Shown here: positions 39,509 to 49,691 of the stretch, piece by piece | Numbering within the stretch: the first letter of the stretch is position 1 | How the letters are laid out: each line of letters starts with the position of its first letter | NCBI GenBank assembly: GCA_002390205.1 | Contig: DGOV01000069.1 | Coordinates: forward strand, 8,836-72,835 | Source: Proteobacteria bacterium UBA4457 | GTDB lineage: Bacteria; Pseudomonadota; Gammaproteobacteria; Ga0077536 | Length of the DNA: 64,000 nucleotides | Direction: 5' to 3' | Program-made: the position numbers and the translations under genes | The notes under the pieces: model-generated | Told to the model about the DNA's origin: nothing | The model's input: the letters and a program-made list of their open reading frames with translations, nothing else | Database searches by the model: none

Positions 39509-40666
39509 TTAGGATCTCGATTCTAGCATTGCGATTGCGGGAAGAGTCTTCCCTTCAACGAACTCCAAGAATGCTCCGCCACCGGTCGAGATGTACGAGA
39601 TTTCATCTCCAACGTTAAAACTGGTGATAGCAGACAGAGTATCCCCACCCCCTGCAATTGAGAAAGCCTCAGACTTGGCGATGGCTTGAGCTAGTTTTTT
39701 AGTTCCTTGTGCGAAATTTGGAAACTCAAAGACCCCGAGGGGGCCATTCCAAAGAATCGTGCCCGCATTGAGTATTATTTTCTCTATTTGTTGGAGTGAT
39801 TCCTCACCAAGATCTAAAATCATATCATCAGAGGATACTTCACAGGTTTTTTTTCTAACTCCCACTTCATTCTCTGCAAATTTTTTCCCACAGACCACGT
39901 CGATCGGCAGTGGGATGTTTGTTTCTGTATCTTTTATGATTTTTTCAGCTGTCTTAATCATATCGTTTTCGCACAAGGAGGCTCCGATACTTTTTCCTGA
40001 TGCCTTTAGACAAGTGTTCGCTATTCCACCGCCGACGATTAAGGAGTCAACTTTCTCTAACAAGGATTGAATAATTTCTAATTTGGTTGAAACCTTGGCA
40101 CCACCGACTATTGCAACGAGTGGCCTTTTAGGGTTTTCTAGAGCTTTATTTAATGCTGTTATTTCTGCAGTGAGCAATGGTCCAGAGCAAGCTATGGAAG
40201 CATATTTCGCCACTCCATGTGTCGATGCGTGCGCGCGATGGGCAGTGGCGAACGCATCATTGACAAAGATGTCGCAAAGGCTAGCCATTTTTTTTGCCAA
40301 TTCTTCGTCGTTAGATTGCTCACCTTTTAGGAATCTCACGTTCTCAAAGAGCGTTATGCTCCCCGCTTGTGCTTCAAAGCCCTCGATCCAATCTTCAGCA
40401 AAATTTATGGGCATCTTGAGCAAAATACTTAGCGCTGAGGCGATAGGCCTTAGTGATAATAAAGGCTCTATACTCCCTTCTTTTGGGCGTCCTAGATGAG
40501 ACATTATCATCACTGTCGCACCAGATTTGTGAGCGAAAGCAATAGTGTCTGTGACGGCTTTAAGCCTCGTGTTATCTAGAATTTTCCCATTCGATAAAGG
40601 AACATTAAGATCTTCGCGGATAAGTAATCGTTGCCCTGCAAGCGAGAGATCACGCATTTGTATCAT
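39509..40666 (-). CDS. pgk: phosphoglycerate kinase
   Basis: It has REDLNVP, SHLGRP and GGGDT signatures. It belongs to the tkt-gap-pgk cluster. Confidence 0.97.
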   Translation of the reverse strand: MIQMRDLSLAGQRLLIREDLNVPLSNGKILDNTRLKAVTDTIAFAHKSGATVMIMSHLGRPKEGSIEPLLSLRPIASALSILLKMPINFAEDWIEGFEAQAGSITLFENVRFLKGEQSNDEELAKKMASLCDIFVNDAFATAHRAHASTHGVAKYASIACSGPLLTAEITALNKALENPKRPLVAIVGGAKVSTKLEIIQSLLEKVDSLIVGGGIANTCLKASGKSIGASLCENDMIKTAEKIIKDTETNIPLPIDVVCGKKFAENEVGVRKKTCEVSSDDMILDLGEESLQQIEKIILNAGTILWNGPLGVFEFPNFAQGTKKLAQAIAKSEAFSIAGGGDTLSAITSFNVGDEISYISTGGGAFLEFVEGKTLPAIAMLESRS

Positions 40667-40670
40667 ATGC

Positions 40671-41687
40671 TTATCCAGCAGCCTTAATCATGGCGAGGGT
40701 TGTGTCCAGCATACGGTTTGAAAACCCCCATTCATTATCGTACCAAGATAGTACCTTTACCATGTCCCCTCCAATTACCTTCGTTTGGCTAGACTCATAG
40801 ATTGAAGAATGGGAGTTATGGTTGAAATCGATCGAGACTAGCGGTTCTTCATTATATTCAAGTATTCCGTTCAGCTCATTCTCAGACGCACTTTTTAATA
40901 TCTGAGATATTTCTTCGGTAGTGGTTTTTCTACTTGCTTTAAAAGTAAGGTCAACAAGCGACACATTAATCGTTGGGACTCTAACCGCGTATCCATCTAG
41001 CTTGCCATTAAGTTCTGGTAAGACTAGACCGACCGCTGCGGCAGCTCCAGTGCCGGTAGGTATCATCGACTGAGTGGCAGAGCGTGCTCTCCTAAGATCA
41101 GTATGATATACGTCTGTCAGGACTTGATCATTTGTATAGGAGTGTATGGTGGTCATCAATCCACTTTCAATTCCGATTTTTTCGTTTAGAGGCTTCACGA
41201 GAGGGGCTAAACAGTTTGTCGTGCATGACGCATTAGACACTACCACATCTGTGCTTTTTAACAGATGGTGGTTCACTCCGTAGACAATAGTGGCATCTAC
41301 ATCTTTTCCAGCTGGAGCTGAGATGAGGACTTTTTTTGCACCACCTACTAGATGGGCTTTAGCTTTTTCTTTACTGGCAAAAAAACCTGTACACTCTAGA
41401 ACAACGTCTATGTTAAGCTTTTTCCAAGGCAGGTTCTCAGGGTTGCGTTCGCTTAAGACTTGAATGGCGTGTCCGTTGACAATCATGTTTCCATTTTCAA
41501 CGACAACGGTTCCTGGAAATTTCCCGTGAGCGCTATCGTATTTAGTTAAGTGCGCATTTGTTTCAGCATTTCCTAGATCATTTATCGCCACGATTTCAAT
41601 TTCAGATTGTCTTTTTGACTCAAACAGAGCTCTCAAGACATTGCGACCAATACGACCATAACCATTAATACCAACTCGGACCGCCAT
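40671..41687 (-). CDS. gap: type I glyceraldehyde-3-phosphate dehydrogenase (Epd not excluded)
   Basis: It has INGYGRIGR, the active site [10 protein letters not shown] and WYDNEWGF. Confidence 0.93.
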   Translation of the reverse strand: MAVRVGINGYGRIGRNVLRALFESKRQSEIEIVAINDLGNAETNAHLTKYDSAHGKFPGTVVVENGNMIVNGHAIQVLSERNPENLPWKKLNIDVVLECTGFFASKEKAKAHLVGGAKKVLISAPAGKDVDATIVYGVNHHLLKSTDVVVSNASCTTNCLAPLVKPLNEKIGIESGLMTTIHSYTNDQVLTDVYHTDLRRARSATQSMIPTGTGAAAAVGLVLPELNGKLDGYAVRVPTINVSLVDLTFKASRKTTTEEISQILKSASENELNGILEYNEEPLVSIDFNHNSHSSIYESSQTKVIGGDMVKVLSWYDNEWGFSNRMLDTTLAMIKAAG

Positions 41688-41709
41688 TACGTTTCTCCTA
41701 AAATATTAT

Positions 41710-43734
41710 TTATTGTTTGAGATAGTTATCTATCTGCTGAACACAGCTATTTTTATCCAGCCCAAAATGCTCTAGTGCTTCATTTCCGGGGGACGAAACT
41801 CCAAAGGTATTGATACCAATAGTGAGCCCATCTAAACCCGTATATCGGTGCCAGAAATCTGTGTTTCCAGCCTCTATTGAGATACGTTTTTTGATTGAAG
41901 GCGGTAGGACTTTGGTTTGCCAATCTGCACTTTGCCGATTGAATATCTCTACGCAAGGAATAGAGACCACTCTGATTGAACTTCCTTCTTCGTTAAGAGC
42001 ATTAGCCACCTGCAATGCGATACCTACCTCGGAACCAGTTGCCATGATAACTGCTGATGCCGGTGTAGGAGGCTCGAGAAGGATGTATCCGCCCCGAGAG
42101 ATTTCTTCCGACTGAGCCGAAGTATGGTGGAGTGCTGGTAATCCTTGCCTCGTTAGTAAGAGACATGATGGAGTTTTCTGGTTTTCTATAGCCGTTATCC
42201 AAGCTACAGCAGTTTCTGTGGTATCTGCGGGACGCCAAACATCTAAGTTAGGGATTAGGCGCAGTGAGTTGGTGTGTTCTACTGGTTGATGTGTTGGGCC
42301 GTCTTCACCAAGCGCGACTGAATCATGGGAATAGACAAATATAGGTGCAATTTCCATCAGCGCTGCCATCCTAACTGCGTTCCTAGCATAGTCTGAAAAC
42401 ACGAGAAAAGTGCCACTATAAGGCACAACCCCGCCATGGAGACACATCCCATTCATCATTGCACTCATCGCAAATTCACGAACACCGTAGTATACGTAGT
42501 TTCCACTTCTATCTTGGCCTGTAATCGCCTTACTAGACGAGTGCCAAGTATTGTTAGATCCAGTTAGATCGGCTGAACCGCCCAATAGCATGGGAAAATT
42601 AGCTGCTAACGAATCAAGAACGCGTTCCGAAGACTTTCTAGTCGCTTCTTTAAATCCTTCTTCATTATTAAGCATTTTTTGAATGCATGCATTTTTATTT
42701 CTTTCCCAATCTTGGGGCAGTTTGTTGTGCATTTGAAGTTCCAGTAGCTCGCTATCGCTCTTATATTTTACTCCATAGGCAGACAATTTTTTATTCCAGT
42801 CTTCCTCAAGGGCTTGTCCTTTATTTTTTGAGCTCCAAGCGTTATATACACTTTCAGGTATATCAAAGGGTTCATATTGCCAATTAAGTTCTTTTCTAGT
42901 TTCAATTATTTCTTTTTCGCCCAGAGCGGCGCCATGGCATGCTGATGTGCCAGCTTTATTAGGTGACCCTTTGCCTATAACAGTTTTACAGCAAATCAAC
43001 GTAGGGCCATTGTTATTCTTTTTTGCCATATCAATTGCTGCGTTAATACTTTTGGTATCGTGCCCGTCAACATTGGGAATCACATTCCATCCATAGGCTG
43101 TAAATCTTTCTGACGTGTTATCTGTGAACCACTCATCAATCTCGCCATCAATAGAAATCCCGTTATCATCGTAAAGTAGAATTAGTTTATTTAGCTTAAG
43201 GGTCCCTGCTAGCGAGCAGGCTTCGTGCGAAATACCCTCCATCAGGCATCCATCTCCAGCGAAAACATACGTGTGATGATCAATAATATTCAGATCAGGT
43301 TTGTTGAAACGAGCGGCGAGGTGTGCTTCCGTTAAAGCCATCCCAACAGCATTTGCAATACCTTGCCCCAGAGGACCTGTTGTAGTTTCGACACCCGGCG
43401 TATGCCTGTATTCTGGATGGCCAGGAGTTTTGGAGCCCAATTGACGAAAGCTTTTAATATCTTCAATACTCAAATCATAACCAGTGAGATGAAGCAGCGA
43501 GTAAAGCAACATCGACCCATGACCGTTAGATAAAACGAACCTATCCCGGTTAAACCAGTGGGGGTTTTGAGGGTTGTGATTGAGGTGTTTCCGCCATAGA
43601 GCTTCGGCGATGTCAGCCATCCCCATAGGAGCCCCAGGGTGGCCTGAATTTGCCGCTTGTACGGCGTCCATGCTCAACGCGCGAATCGCGTTTGCTAGCT
43701 CGTTAGATGTTGGTTCTCCCGAATTTTTTTCCAT
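41710..43734 (-). CDS. tkt: transketolase
   Basis: It has the ThDP motif [13 protein letters not shown] and [16 protein letters not shown]-type [19 protein letters not shown]. Size is 674 aa. Confidence 0.97.
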   Translation of the reverse strand: MEKNSGEPTSNELANAIRALSMDAVQAANSGHPGAPMGMADIAEALWRKHLNHNPQNPHWFNRDRFVLSNGHGSMLLYSLLHLTGYDLSIEDIKSFRQLGSKTPGHPEYRHTPGVETTTGPLGQGIANAVGMALTEAHLAARFNKPDLNIIDHHTYVFAGDGCLMEGISHEACSLAGTLKLNKLILLYDDNGISIDGEIDEWFTDNTSERFTAYGWNVIPNVDGHDTKSINAAIDMAKKNNNGPTLICCKTVIGKGSPNKAGTSACHGAALGEKEIIETRKELNWQYEPFDIPESVYNAWSSKNKGQALEEDWNKKLSAYGVKYKSDSELLELQMHNKLPQDWERNKNACIQKMLNNEEGFKEATRKSSERVLDSLAANFPMLLGGSADLTGSNNTWHSSSKAITGQDRSGNYVYYGVREFAMSAMMNGMCLHGGVVPYSGTFLVFSDYARNAVRMAALMEIAPIFVYSHDSVALGEDGPTHQPVEHTNSLRLIPNLDVWRPADTTETAVAWITAIENQKTPSCLLLTRQGLPALHHTSAQSEEISRGGYILLEPPTPASAVIMATGSEVGIALQVANALNEEGSSIRVVSIPCVEIFNRQSADWQTKVLPPSIKKRISIEAGNTDFWHRYTGLDGLTIGINTFGVSSPGNEALEHFGLDKNSCVQQIDNYLKQ

Positions 43735-44088
43735 TGTTCACCTTTTTATTGTCGGCAGTTATTCCATTTGACTTTCTTAGCCGCTAATCGTGTTGTTGCT
43801 AGCCAAACTAGTTTTCTGTCATCTATATATTATAGATCTTACCCATGTTTTATCATTGTCGTATTTGGATCGACTTTGAAATTAGGACTATGGCGCCACC
43901 TACGTCATGTGATGATAGATTCTACTCTGATAGTGCGTTCGAAAAAACCATCTCAGAGTAATGTTTTTACGGCGTTATAATTGATGATCGATGAGAGGGC
44001 TTATTTAGTTCATAATTGCCTTATAATGGCAGGTATTAGTGCGTAATAAGCCAATTTAAATGTATGATTTGCGAGGGATAGAGTTTTA

Positions 44089-44925
44089 GTGATTGTTCCA
44101 GTTAGCTTTGAGTTTTTTCCAGCCAGAAGTGCCGATGGACAGAGTAATTTACTTGCCGCGCAAAAGTTATTGAAAAAATTAAATCCTGAATTCTATTCCG
44201 TAACTTTTGGAGCCGGAGGAGGAACACGAGATTTAACGCTTCAGACAGTCCTAGATACAGCAAAAAATACTGGAGTTATGAGCGTTCCTCACATTTCATG
44301 CAGTGCGCTTTCTAGTCAAGAGATTCAGGATACTCTCGAACAATATAAGAAGTCCGATGTGTCTCAGTTGGTGGTTTTGAGAGGAGATACTCCCTCCGGT
44401 GGCCAATGTTTTAGCGAATTACGTCACGCGAGCGAGCTAGTGGAGTTGGTTAGAGAAAGACATGGGGAGCATTTTTATATCAATGTTGCCGCATATCCTG
44501 AGGTTCATCCTCAAGCTAAATCCTCGACTATTGATCTGAAAAATTTCAAGATGAAAGTTGAAGCTGGAGCGGATTGTGCGATTACCCAGTATTTCTATAA
44601 TGCGGATGCTTATTTTCGGTTTGTCGATCGATGTCTCGCGTCTGGAATCGACATTCCAATAGTGCCTGGGATAATGCCTATAACCAATTATGCCAATTTA
44701 GATCGATTCTCCACAATGTGTGGTGCCGAAATTCCTCGCTGGCTAAGGATGCGCTTGCAGGAATTTCAGGACGGCAGTGCTGACTTGGAGTCTTATGGCG
44801 TAGATGTCGTCTCCGACATTTGTGAGCGTTTGATTGATGGAGGGGCACCAAAGCTACATTTTTACACGATGAATCGAGGTGGTCCTTCTGTGCGTATTTG
44901 TGAGAATTTGGGTATAAAAATTTAA
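44089..44925 (+). CDS. metF: 5,10-methylenetetrahydrofolate reductase
   Basis: It has the MTHFR TIM-barrel profile (SFEFFP, SVTFGAGG, LRGD, AAYPE.HP, ITQ.FY). The start is GTG and the size is 278 aa. Confidence 0.9.
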   Translation: MIVPVSFEFFPARSADGQSNLLAAQKLLKKLNPEFYSVTFGAGGGTRDLTLQTVLDTAKNTGVMSVPHISCSALSSQEIQDTLEQYKKSDVSQLVVLRGDTPSGGQCFSELRHASELVELVRERHGEHFYINVAAYPEVHPQAKSSTIDLKNFKMKVEAGADCAITQYFYNADAYFRFVDRCLASGIDIPIVPGIMPITNYANLDRFSTMCGAEIPRWLRMRLQEFQDGSADLESYGVDVVSDICERLIDGGAPKLHFYTMNRGGPSVRICENLGIKI

Positions 44926-44931
44926 TATAAC

Positions 44932-45426
44932 TCAGTTTGCAGGAGATAATTTCCTTATCGACTTGTTGATCTCTGGTTGAGCGGCATGAGCTTTTTGTGC
45001 ATCGCGTAATCGGGTGTAGCCTCTAACGATTTCAAGCTCAAACTCTTGGGTTTTTCTTGTGAGAGTGTTGAATGAAATTGAAAGCGTCTCCTGCGTAGCT
45101 AGCAAATCGGCTTCCCTATACATCTCCTGGTAAATGTGGGCCCGCTTATTATCAAACTCAACCACTCGGGTTTCGATACGTAATACATCGTTAAGATCAG
45201 CCTCTTTTTTGTAGCAGATGTGAGACTCTAAAGATACGGTTGAGAGATTCCGAGATTGTATATAGGCGAGATCCATTCCTATGAGATCTTTGTAAAAATC
45301 AAATCCGGTTTCGAACGCTTGGACGTAATAAACGACGTTCATATGATTGTTATAGTCTATCCATTCGGGGATCACCTTTAAGTCGGTTACAACGATGCCG
45401 TTGGTAGGGAAAATTTTATTGTTCAT
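44932..45426 (-). CDS. hotdog-fold acyl-CoA thioesterase (4HBT/YbgC-like)
   Basis: About 165 aa from the ATG at 45426. The pattern EWIDYNNHMNVVYY near the N-terminus fits the 4HBT-type catalytic region. The ORF-track start at 45501 adds an implausible basic leader. Confidence 0.6.
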   Translation of the reverse strand: MNNKIFPTNGIVVTDLKVIPEWIDYNNHMNVVYYVQAFETGFDFYKDLIGMDLAYIQSRNLSTVSLESHICYKKEADLNDVLRIETRVVEFDNKRAHIYQEMYREADLLATQETLSISFNTLTRKTQEFELEIVRGYTRLRDAQKAHAAQPEINKSIRKLSPAN

Positions 45427-45538
45427 TTTTTTTCTTCTCAATCTGGTACTAGAGTCTTGACACAACTGCCTTGAACTACGATGATCTCGCTTCTTTAGCA
45501 CGACTTTACGTTTTCTTAGTCGAATTTGCTAGTTTAAA

Positions 45539-45615
45539 GGCTATGTAGCTCAGCTGGTTAGAGCGCAGCATTCATAATGCTGAAGTCGGTGGTTCAAGTC
45601 CACCCATAGCCACCA
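45539..45615 (+). tRNA. tRNA with CAU anticodon, elongator tRNA-Met type (lysidine-modified tRNA-Ile2 not excluded)
   Basis: GGCTATG-TA-GCTC-AGCTGGTTA-GAGC-G-CAGCA-TTCATAA-TGCTG-AAGTC-GGTGG-TTCAAGT-CCACC-CATAGCC-A-CCA. This is a full cloverleaf with encoded CCA. The 5' half closely resembles E. coli elongator tRNA-Met as I recall it. Confidence 0.88.
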
Positions 45616-45817
45616 CCTTTTTTCTTTGATACCCAGTCATCAAAAGCTGCCAATCTTTCTGTACTAGCAAACTTGATCAGAGGATTCCCAGCTCCTATTT
45701 TCTGTTTTTGAGCACGTCCATTTCCTTTACAGACAGCGAAAAAATTATCGAAATGCAAATTTTTTTAATGATAAGATGGTCATTGAATCAATTAGAAGTT
45801 TTGCGAGGAGAAGTTTG

Positions 45818-47422
45818 ATGTCGGGAGAAAAGAAGGTCGATGCGGTAATAATTGGCGCAGGAATTTCGGGGATGTATCAACTGCATAAACTTCGAAAAAT
45901 TGGACTTACCGTTAAGGTTTATGAGGGCGGAACTGGCGTCGGTGGAACTTGGTACTGGAATCGTTATCCTGGGGCTAGATTTGATTCTGAAAGTGTCAGT
46001 TATGGGTACTCTTTTTCTGAAGAGCTACTGCAAGAGTGGAACTGGAAAGAGCGCTTCTCTCCACAGCCAGATAACTTGGAATATCTGGAGTATGTCGCTG
46101 ACAAATTTGATCTTAGAAAGGACATTCAGTTTAGCACGCGTGTGACATCTGCTCATTATGGAGAGGAGGAGAATGAATGGTCTGTGGCTACCGATGATGG
46201 GCAGGCGATAAAATGTCAGTTTCTCATTACTGCAGTCGGAGTCTTATCCACTCCTTTTGTCCCCGAGATAAAAGGTTTGAACAGTTTTCAGGGAGCCTCT
46301 TGGCATACTGCTAATTGGCCTAAAGAGCATGTGGGGTTTGAGGGCAAGAAAGTTGGAGTAATTGGCACAGGGGCAACTGCTGTGCAGCTCATACAGGAAG
46401 TAGCTAAGACAGCTGGTCAGCTAACAGTCTTTCAAAGAACGGCGAATTTTTGTAAGCCTCTTGGTAATAGTCTCATTTCTGATGACGAACAAGAAGAAAT
46501 TAAGAAAAATTATTCAAAAATTTTTCAAAGGTGTAGAGAGACTTTTGGATCGTTCCTTGCTGATTTCGAAAAACGATCTGCTTTTGATGTGACTCCCGAA
46601 GAGAGAGAAGCTCGTTATGAGGAGCTCTGGAATGAACCTGGTTTTGGTTTCTGGCTAGGTACTTATGAGGATATACTCACGGATCCAAAAGCTAATGAAA
46701 CTCAGGCAGAATTTGCTCGAAAAAAAATACGGTCTCGGGTTAACGACCCGAAAGTGGCGGAAATGTTATGTCCCACAAGCCATCCTATTGGTACCAAACG
46801 TATGCCATTGGAAACTGGATACTATGAAGTCTATAACCAGCCAAACGTCGAGTTAGTCGACATAAAGGCGACGCCTATTGAAGTGGTTACCGAGAGTAGC
46901 CTGAAGACTACACAGACAGAATATGAATTTGACATGTTAATTCTCGCTACTGGGTTTGATACTGTAACTGGAAGCTTAGATCGGATTGATATCCGCGGAT
47001 CTAACGGTGTGTCGCTGAAGGAAAAATGGGTAGATGGTCCAAGGACGTATTTAGGCATGGGCTCCTCTGGATTTCCCAATCTATTTACCTTAGTTGGTCC
47101 TCATAACGGTGCTACTTTTTGTAATATCCCAAGATGTATTGAGCAAAATGTGGAATGGGTAAGTGATTGTATCGAGCATATGACAAAAAATGATATTCGC
47201 CGGATCGAGCCTAATAAGGATGCGGAAGACAGATGGACGGAGCACGTGCAAGATGTAGCGTCTGGTAGTTTGCTTACTAAAACGGATTCGTGGTTTATGG
47301 GAGCTAATATTCCTGGTAAGCCTCGGCAGATGTATCTTTATGCCGGTGGATCACCATTGTATCGGAAGACTTGTGACGACGTGGCTTCAAATAACTATGA
47401 GGGCTACACACTGCAAAAGTAG
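45818..47422 (+). CDS. type I Baeyer-Villiger monooxygenase (FAD/NADPH, cyclohexanone/phenylacetone monooxygenase family)
   Basis: It has the FAD Rossmann GAGISG and the BVMO fingerprint FxGxxxHxxxWP, seen here as FQGASWHTANWP. The second Rossmann is GTGATAVQ. The start is ATG 45818 or upstream 45776. Confidence 0.9.
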   Translation: MSGEKKVDAVIIGAGISGMYQLHKLRKIGLTVKVYEGGTGVGGTWYWNRYPGARFDSESVSYGYSFSEELLQEWNWKERFSPQPDNLEYLEYVADKFDLRKDIQFSTRVTSAHYGEEENEWSVATDDGQAIKCQFLITAVGVLSTPFVPEIKGLNSFQGASWHTANWPKEHVGFEGKKVGVIGTGATAVQLIQEVAKTAGQLTVFQRTANFCKPLGNSLISDDEQEEIKKNYSKIFQRCRETFGSFLADFEKRSAFDVTPEEREARYEELWNEPGFGFWLGTYEDILTDPKANETQAEFARKKIRSRVNDPKVAEMLCPTSHPIGTKRMPLETGYYEVYNQPNVELVDIKATPIEVVTESSLKTTQTEYEFDMLILATGFDTVTGSLDRIDIRGSNGVSLKEKWVDGPRTYLGMGSSGFPNLFTLVGPHNGATFCNIPRCIEQNVEWVSDCIEHMTKNDIRRIEPNKDAEDRWTEHVQDVASGSLLTKTDSWFMGANIPGKPRQMYLYAGGSPLYRKTCDDVASNNYEGYTLQK

Positions 47423-47559
47423 ACTTTAGGAAGCGCCGTACATGAGGTATCTCGGGTCCTAAGGCAGAAGCTGCTGCGCCATTATTTAGAAGTTTCGAGC
47501 ACTGATGGTCACATTCTACTGGGATAAAGTGCAAGCCTGCAGAGTGAGGGGAGAGATAT

Positions 47560-48453
47560 TTGTCTGATTTAGGTTTTATTGGATTAGGAGCTATCGGTGG
47601 GGCTATAGCCGAGAGGTTGCTTACCCAAAAGCACAGTCTTCGTGTTTATGATATTAACGCTGATGCTTTGACTAGGCTGGTTGAGCTAGGAGCCTCCAAC
47701 GGGCAGAGCTGTATGAAGATTTCTGCAGGCTGTGAAATTGTGTTTCTATCGTTACCTTCACCCGAGGTTGTTGAGCATGTCGTATTCGGCCAAAGTGGGA
47801 TTTTATCTCAATCTAAAAAGTTGCGGTATATTGTCGACCTATCTACTAACCCTCCACAACTGAGCAGAAAGATTAGCGCTGCAGCAGAGCAAGTTGGCGT
47901 GAACTATCTTGACGCTCCTGTTTCCGGCGGTAGAGCGGGTGCAAAAAAAGGTGCGCTAAGTGTCATGATAGGAGGTTCGACAAGTGCCTTTGAGGCGATC
48001 AAACCAATAGTCTTAGGGTTGGGTGAAAATATTTTTCACGTCGGACCCTCGGGGTCAGGCAGCTTAGCTAAGCTTGTAAATAATCAAATCTTTCTATCTA
48101 CCAGTGTTGTTGTTCAGGAAGCATTCATGATGGGATTAAAGGCGGGCATGCAGCCCCAAGCACTGCTTAATGTGATTAAAACGAGTTCTGCTGCATCGAT
48201 GGTAAAGCTCGCACCTTTGTTCCTCTCGAGCGATGTAGATAGAAATATATTCGCATTAGAAATAGCAGAGAAAGATTTGAATCTCGCTATTAGCGCTTCT
48301 GATGAAGCAGGTGTCTCGATGCCAGTGACAAATGCTGCGCATGCCGTTTATAAAAAGTCATTAAATACCGAGACATCTAAGCTTGATTTCTGCGTAACTT
48401 TGCGCGACTTGGCTGATTCATGTGACGCCGTCTTTCCTAAGTTCAAGGCCTGA
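47560..48453 (+). CDS. NAD(P)-dependent beta-hydroxyacid dehydrogenase (3-hydroxyisobutyrate/6-phosphogluconate dehydrogenase-like)
   Basis: It has the N-terminal GFIGLGAIGG Rossmann and DAPVSGG motifs, plus a KLVNN catalytic Lys region. The start is TTG. Confidence 0.8.
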   Translation: MSDLGFIGLGAIGGAIAERLLTQKHSLRVYDINADALTRLVELGASNGQSCMKISAGCEIVFLSLPSPEVVEHVVFGQSGILSQSKKLRYIVDLSTNPPQLSRKISAAAEQVGVNYLDAPVSGGRAGAKKGALSVMIGGSTSAFEAIKPIVLGLGENIFHVGPSGSGSLAKLVNNQIFLSTSVVVQEAFMMGLKAGMQPQALLNVIKTSSAASMVKLAPLFLSSDVDRNIFALEIAEKDLNLAISASDEAGVSMPVTNAAHAVYKKSLNTETSKLDFCVTLRDLADSCDAVFPKFKA

Positions 48454-48457
48454 CTGC

Positions 48458-49690
48458 ATGACAAGGGAAAATACTTTAATTCAAGTAGACTTATCGGACG
48501 ATCTAAGTTTTTCTAATGGTTTTCCGCATGACTTTTTCTCTTGGATCCGTATAAATGAACCTGTCTACTGGCATGAGCCTACTAGTGTAACTCCCGATGG
48601 AGAAGGCTTTTGGGTAGTGAGTCGCTATGAACAGGTTAATGAAATTATTCGTAATCCGGTATTATTTTCGTCAGATAAAGGAGGCGATCGCACAGGCGGC
48701 GGCACTGCTATTAAAGACGAAAAAACGGCAGGAAAGCTACTTAATCAAACTGATGGGTCCCAACATAAACGTTTGCGCGCGCTTGTACAGAAAGGCTTCA
48801 CTGTGACGGCCATTAAGAAATTAGAAGAAGATCTCAGGGTCAAGGCGAAACATTTATTTTCCGGATTGAAGTGCGGGGAGAGAGTAGATTTCGCTCGAGT
48901 CCTCGCGCCTGAGCTTCCGTCGCATGCTATCTGTACAGTACTAGGGGTACCTAAGAAAGATCGGCTAGATCTTTGTACTTGGATAGATCAAGGGATAGAG
49001 GCTGAATCTACTTCTGTCATAGCCGTTGAGTACCTCAAGAAGGTACGTGAATATGCTAAGAGCTTGATAGCTCAGAAAAAAGAAAACCCCGAAGAGGATA
49101 TTTTTTCTAAAATCATACATGCTAAATTTGAAGAGGATGGATCCAGCCTTTCTGATTATGAACTAGGATCTTTTTTCGCTCTTTTATTTCCTGCTGGTGC
49201 GGAGACAACCACAAGATCTATAAGTGGCGGTATGCTCGCGTTGCTAGAAAATCCCAATCAGATGGAGCAGCTTAGAAAAAAACCCGAATTGATGAAAACG
49301 GCAATAGAAGAAATAGTGCGATGGACTACGCCATCTGTCTACAAGCGCCGGACTGCGACAGCAGATACGGAGCTCGGCGGGAAAAAAATTCTTATGGGGC
49401 AAAAAGTTACATTATGGGAAATGTCTGCGAATAGAGACGAAGCTATGTTTTCCCATCCTTTTCAGTTTGATGTGACTAGAGATCCTAATAAGCACTTGGG
49501 GTTTGGAGTAGGTGTGCATTTTTGTTTAGGTGCTTCATTGGCAAGGTTAGAGTTAAAGGTTTTTTTTGAGGAGTTCTTGAAAAGTAACTTATGCGTCGAG
49601 TTAGACCAGCCTGTGACTTGGGTTCCGAATAATCGTTTAGTTGGGATTAAGAATATGTTTCTGCGCGTCACGGAAAGAATAAATAGCTAA
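48458..49690 (+). CDS. cytochrome P450
   Basis: It has I-helix AGAETT, K-helix EEIVRW (ExxR) and the heme-thiolate loop FGVGVHFCLGASLA. The ATG at 48458 lies 4 nt after the preceding stop. Confidence 0.92.
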   Translation: MTRENTLIQVDLSDDLSFSNGFPHDFFSWIRINEPVYWHEPTSVTPDGEGFWVVSRYEQVNEIIRNPVLFSSDKGGDRTGGGTAIKDEKTAGKLLNQTDGSQHKRLRALVQKGFTVTAIKKLEEDLRVKAKHLFSGLKCGERVDFARVLAPELPSHAICTVLGVPKKDRLDLCTWIDQGIEAESTSVIAVEYLKKVREYAKSLIAQKKENPEEDIFSKIIHAKFEEDGSSLSDYELGSFFALLFPAGAETTTRSISGGMLALLENPNQMEQLRKKPELMKTAIEEIVRWTTPSVYKRRTATADTELGGKKILMGQKVTLWEMSANRDEAMFSHPFQFDVTRDPNKHLGFGVGVHFCLGASLARLELKVFFEEFLKSNLCVELDQPVTWVPNNRLVGIKNMFLRVTERINS

Positions 49691-49691
49691 A

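Noticed and set aside
43768-43980. 70-aa ORF in the tkt-metF spacer
   Set aside because: It has no Shine-Dalgarno sequence and no motif. Its composition looks like translated non-coding AT-rich DNA, and it would sit in the divergent promoter region.
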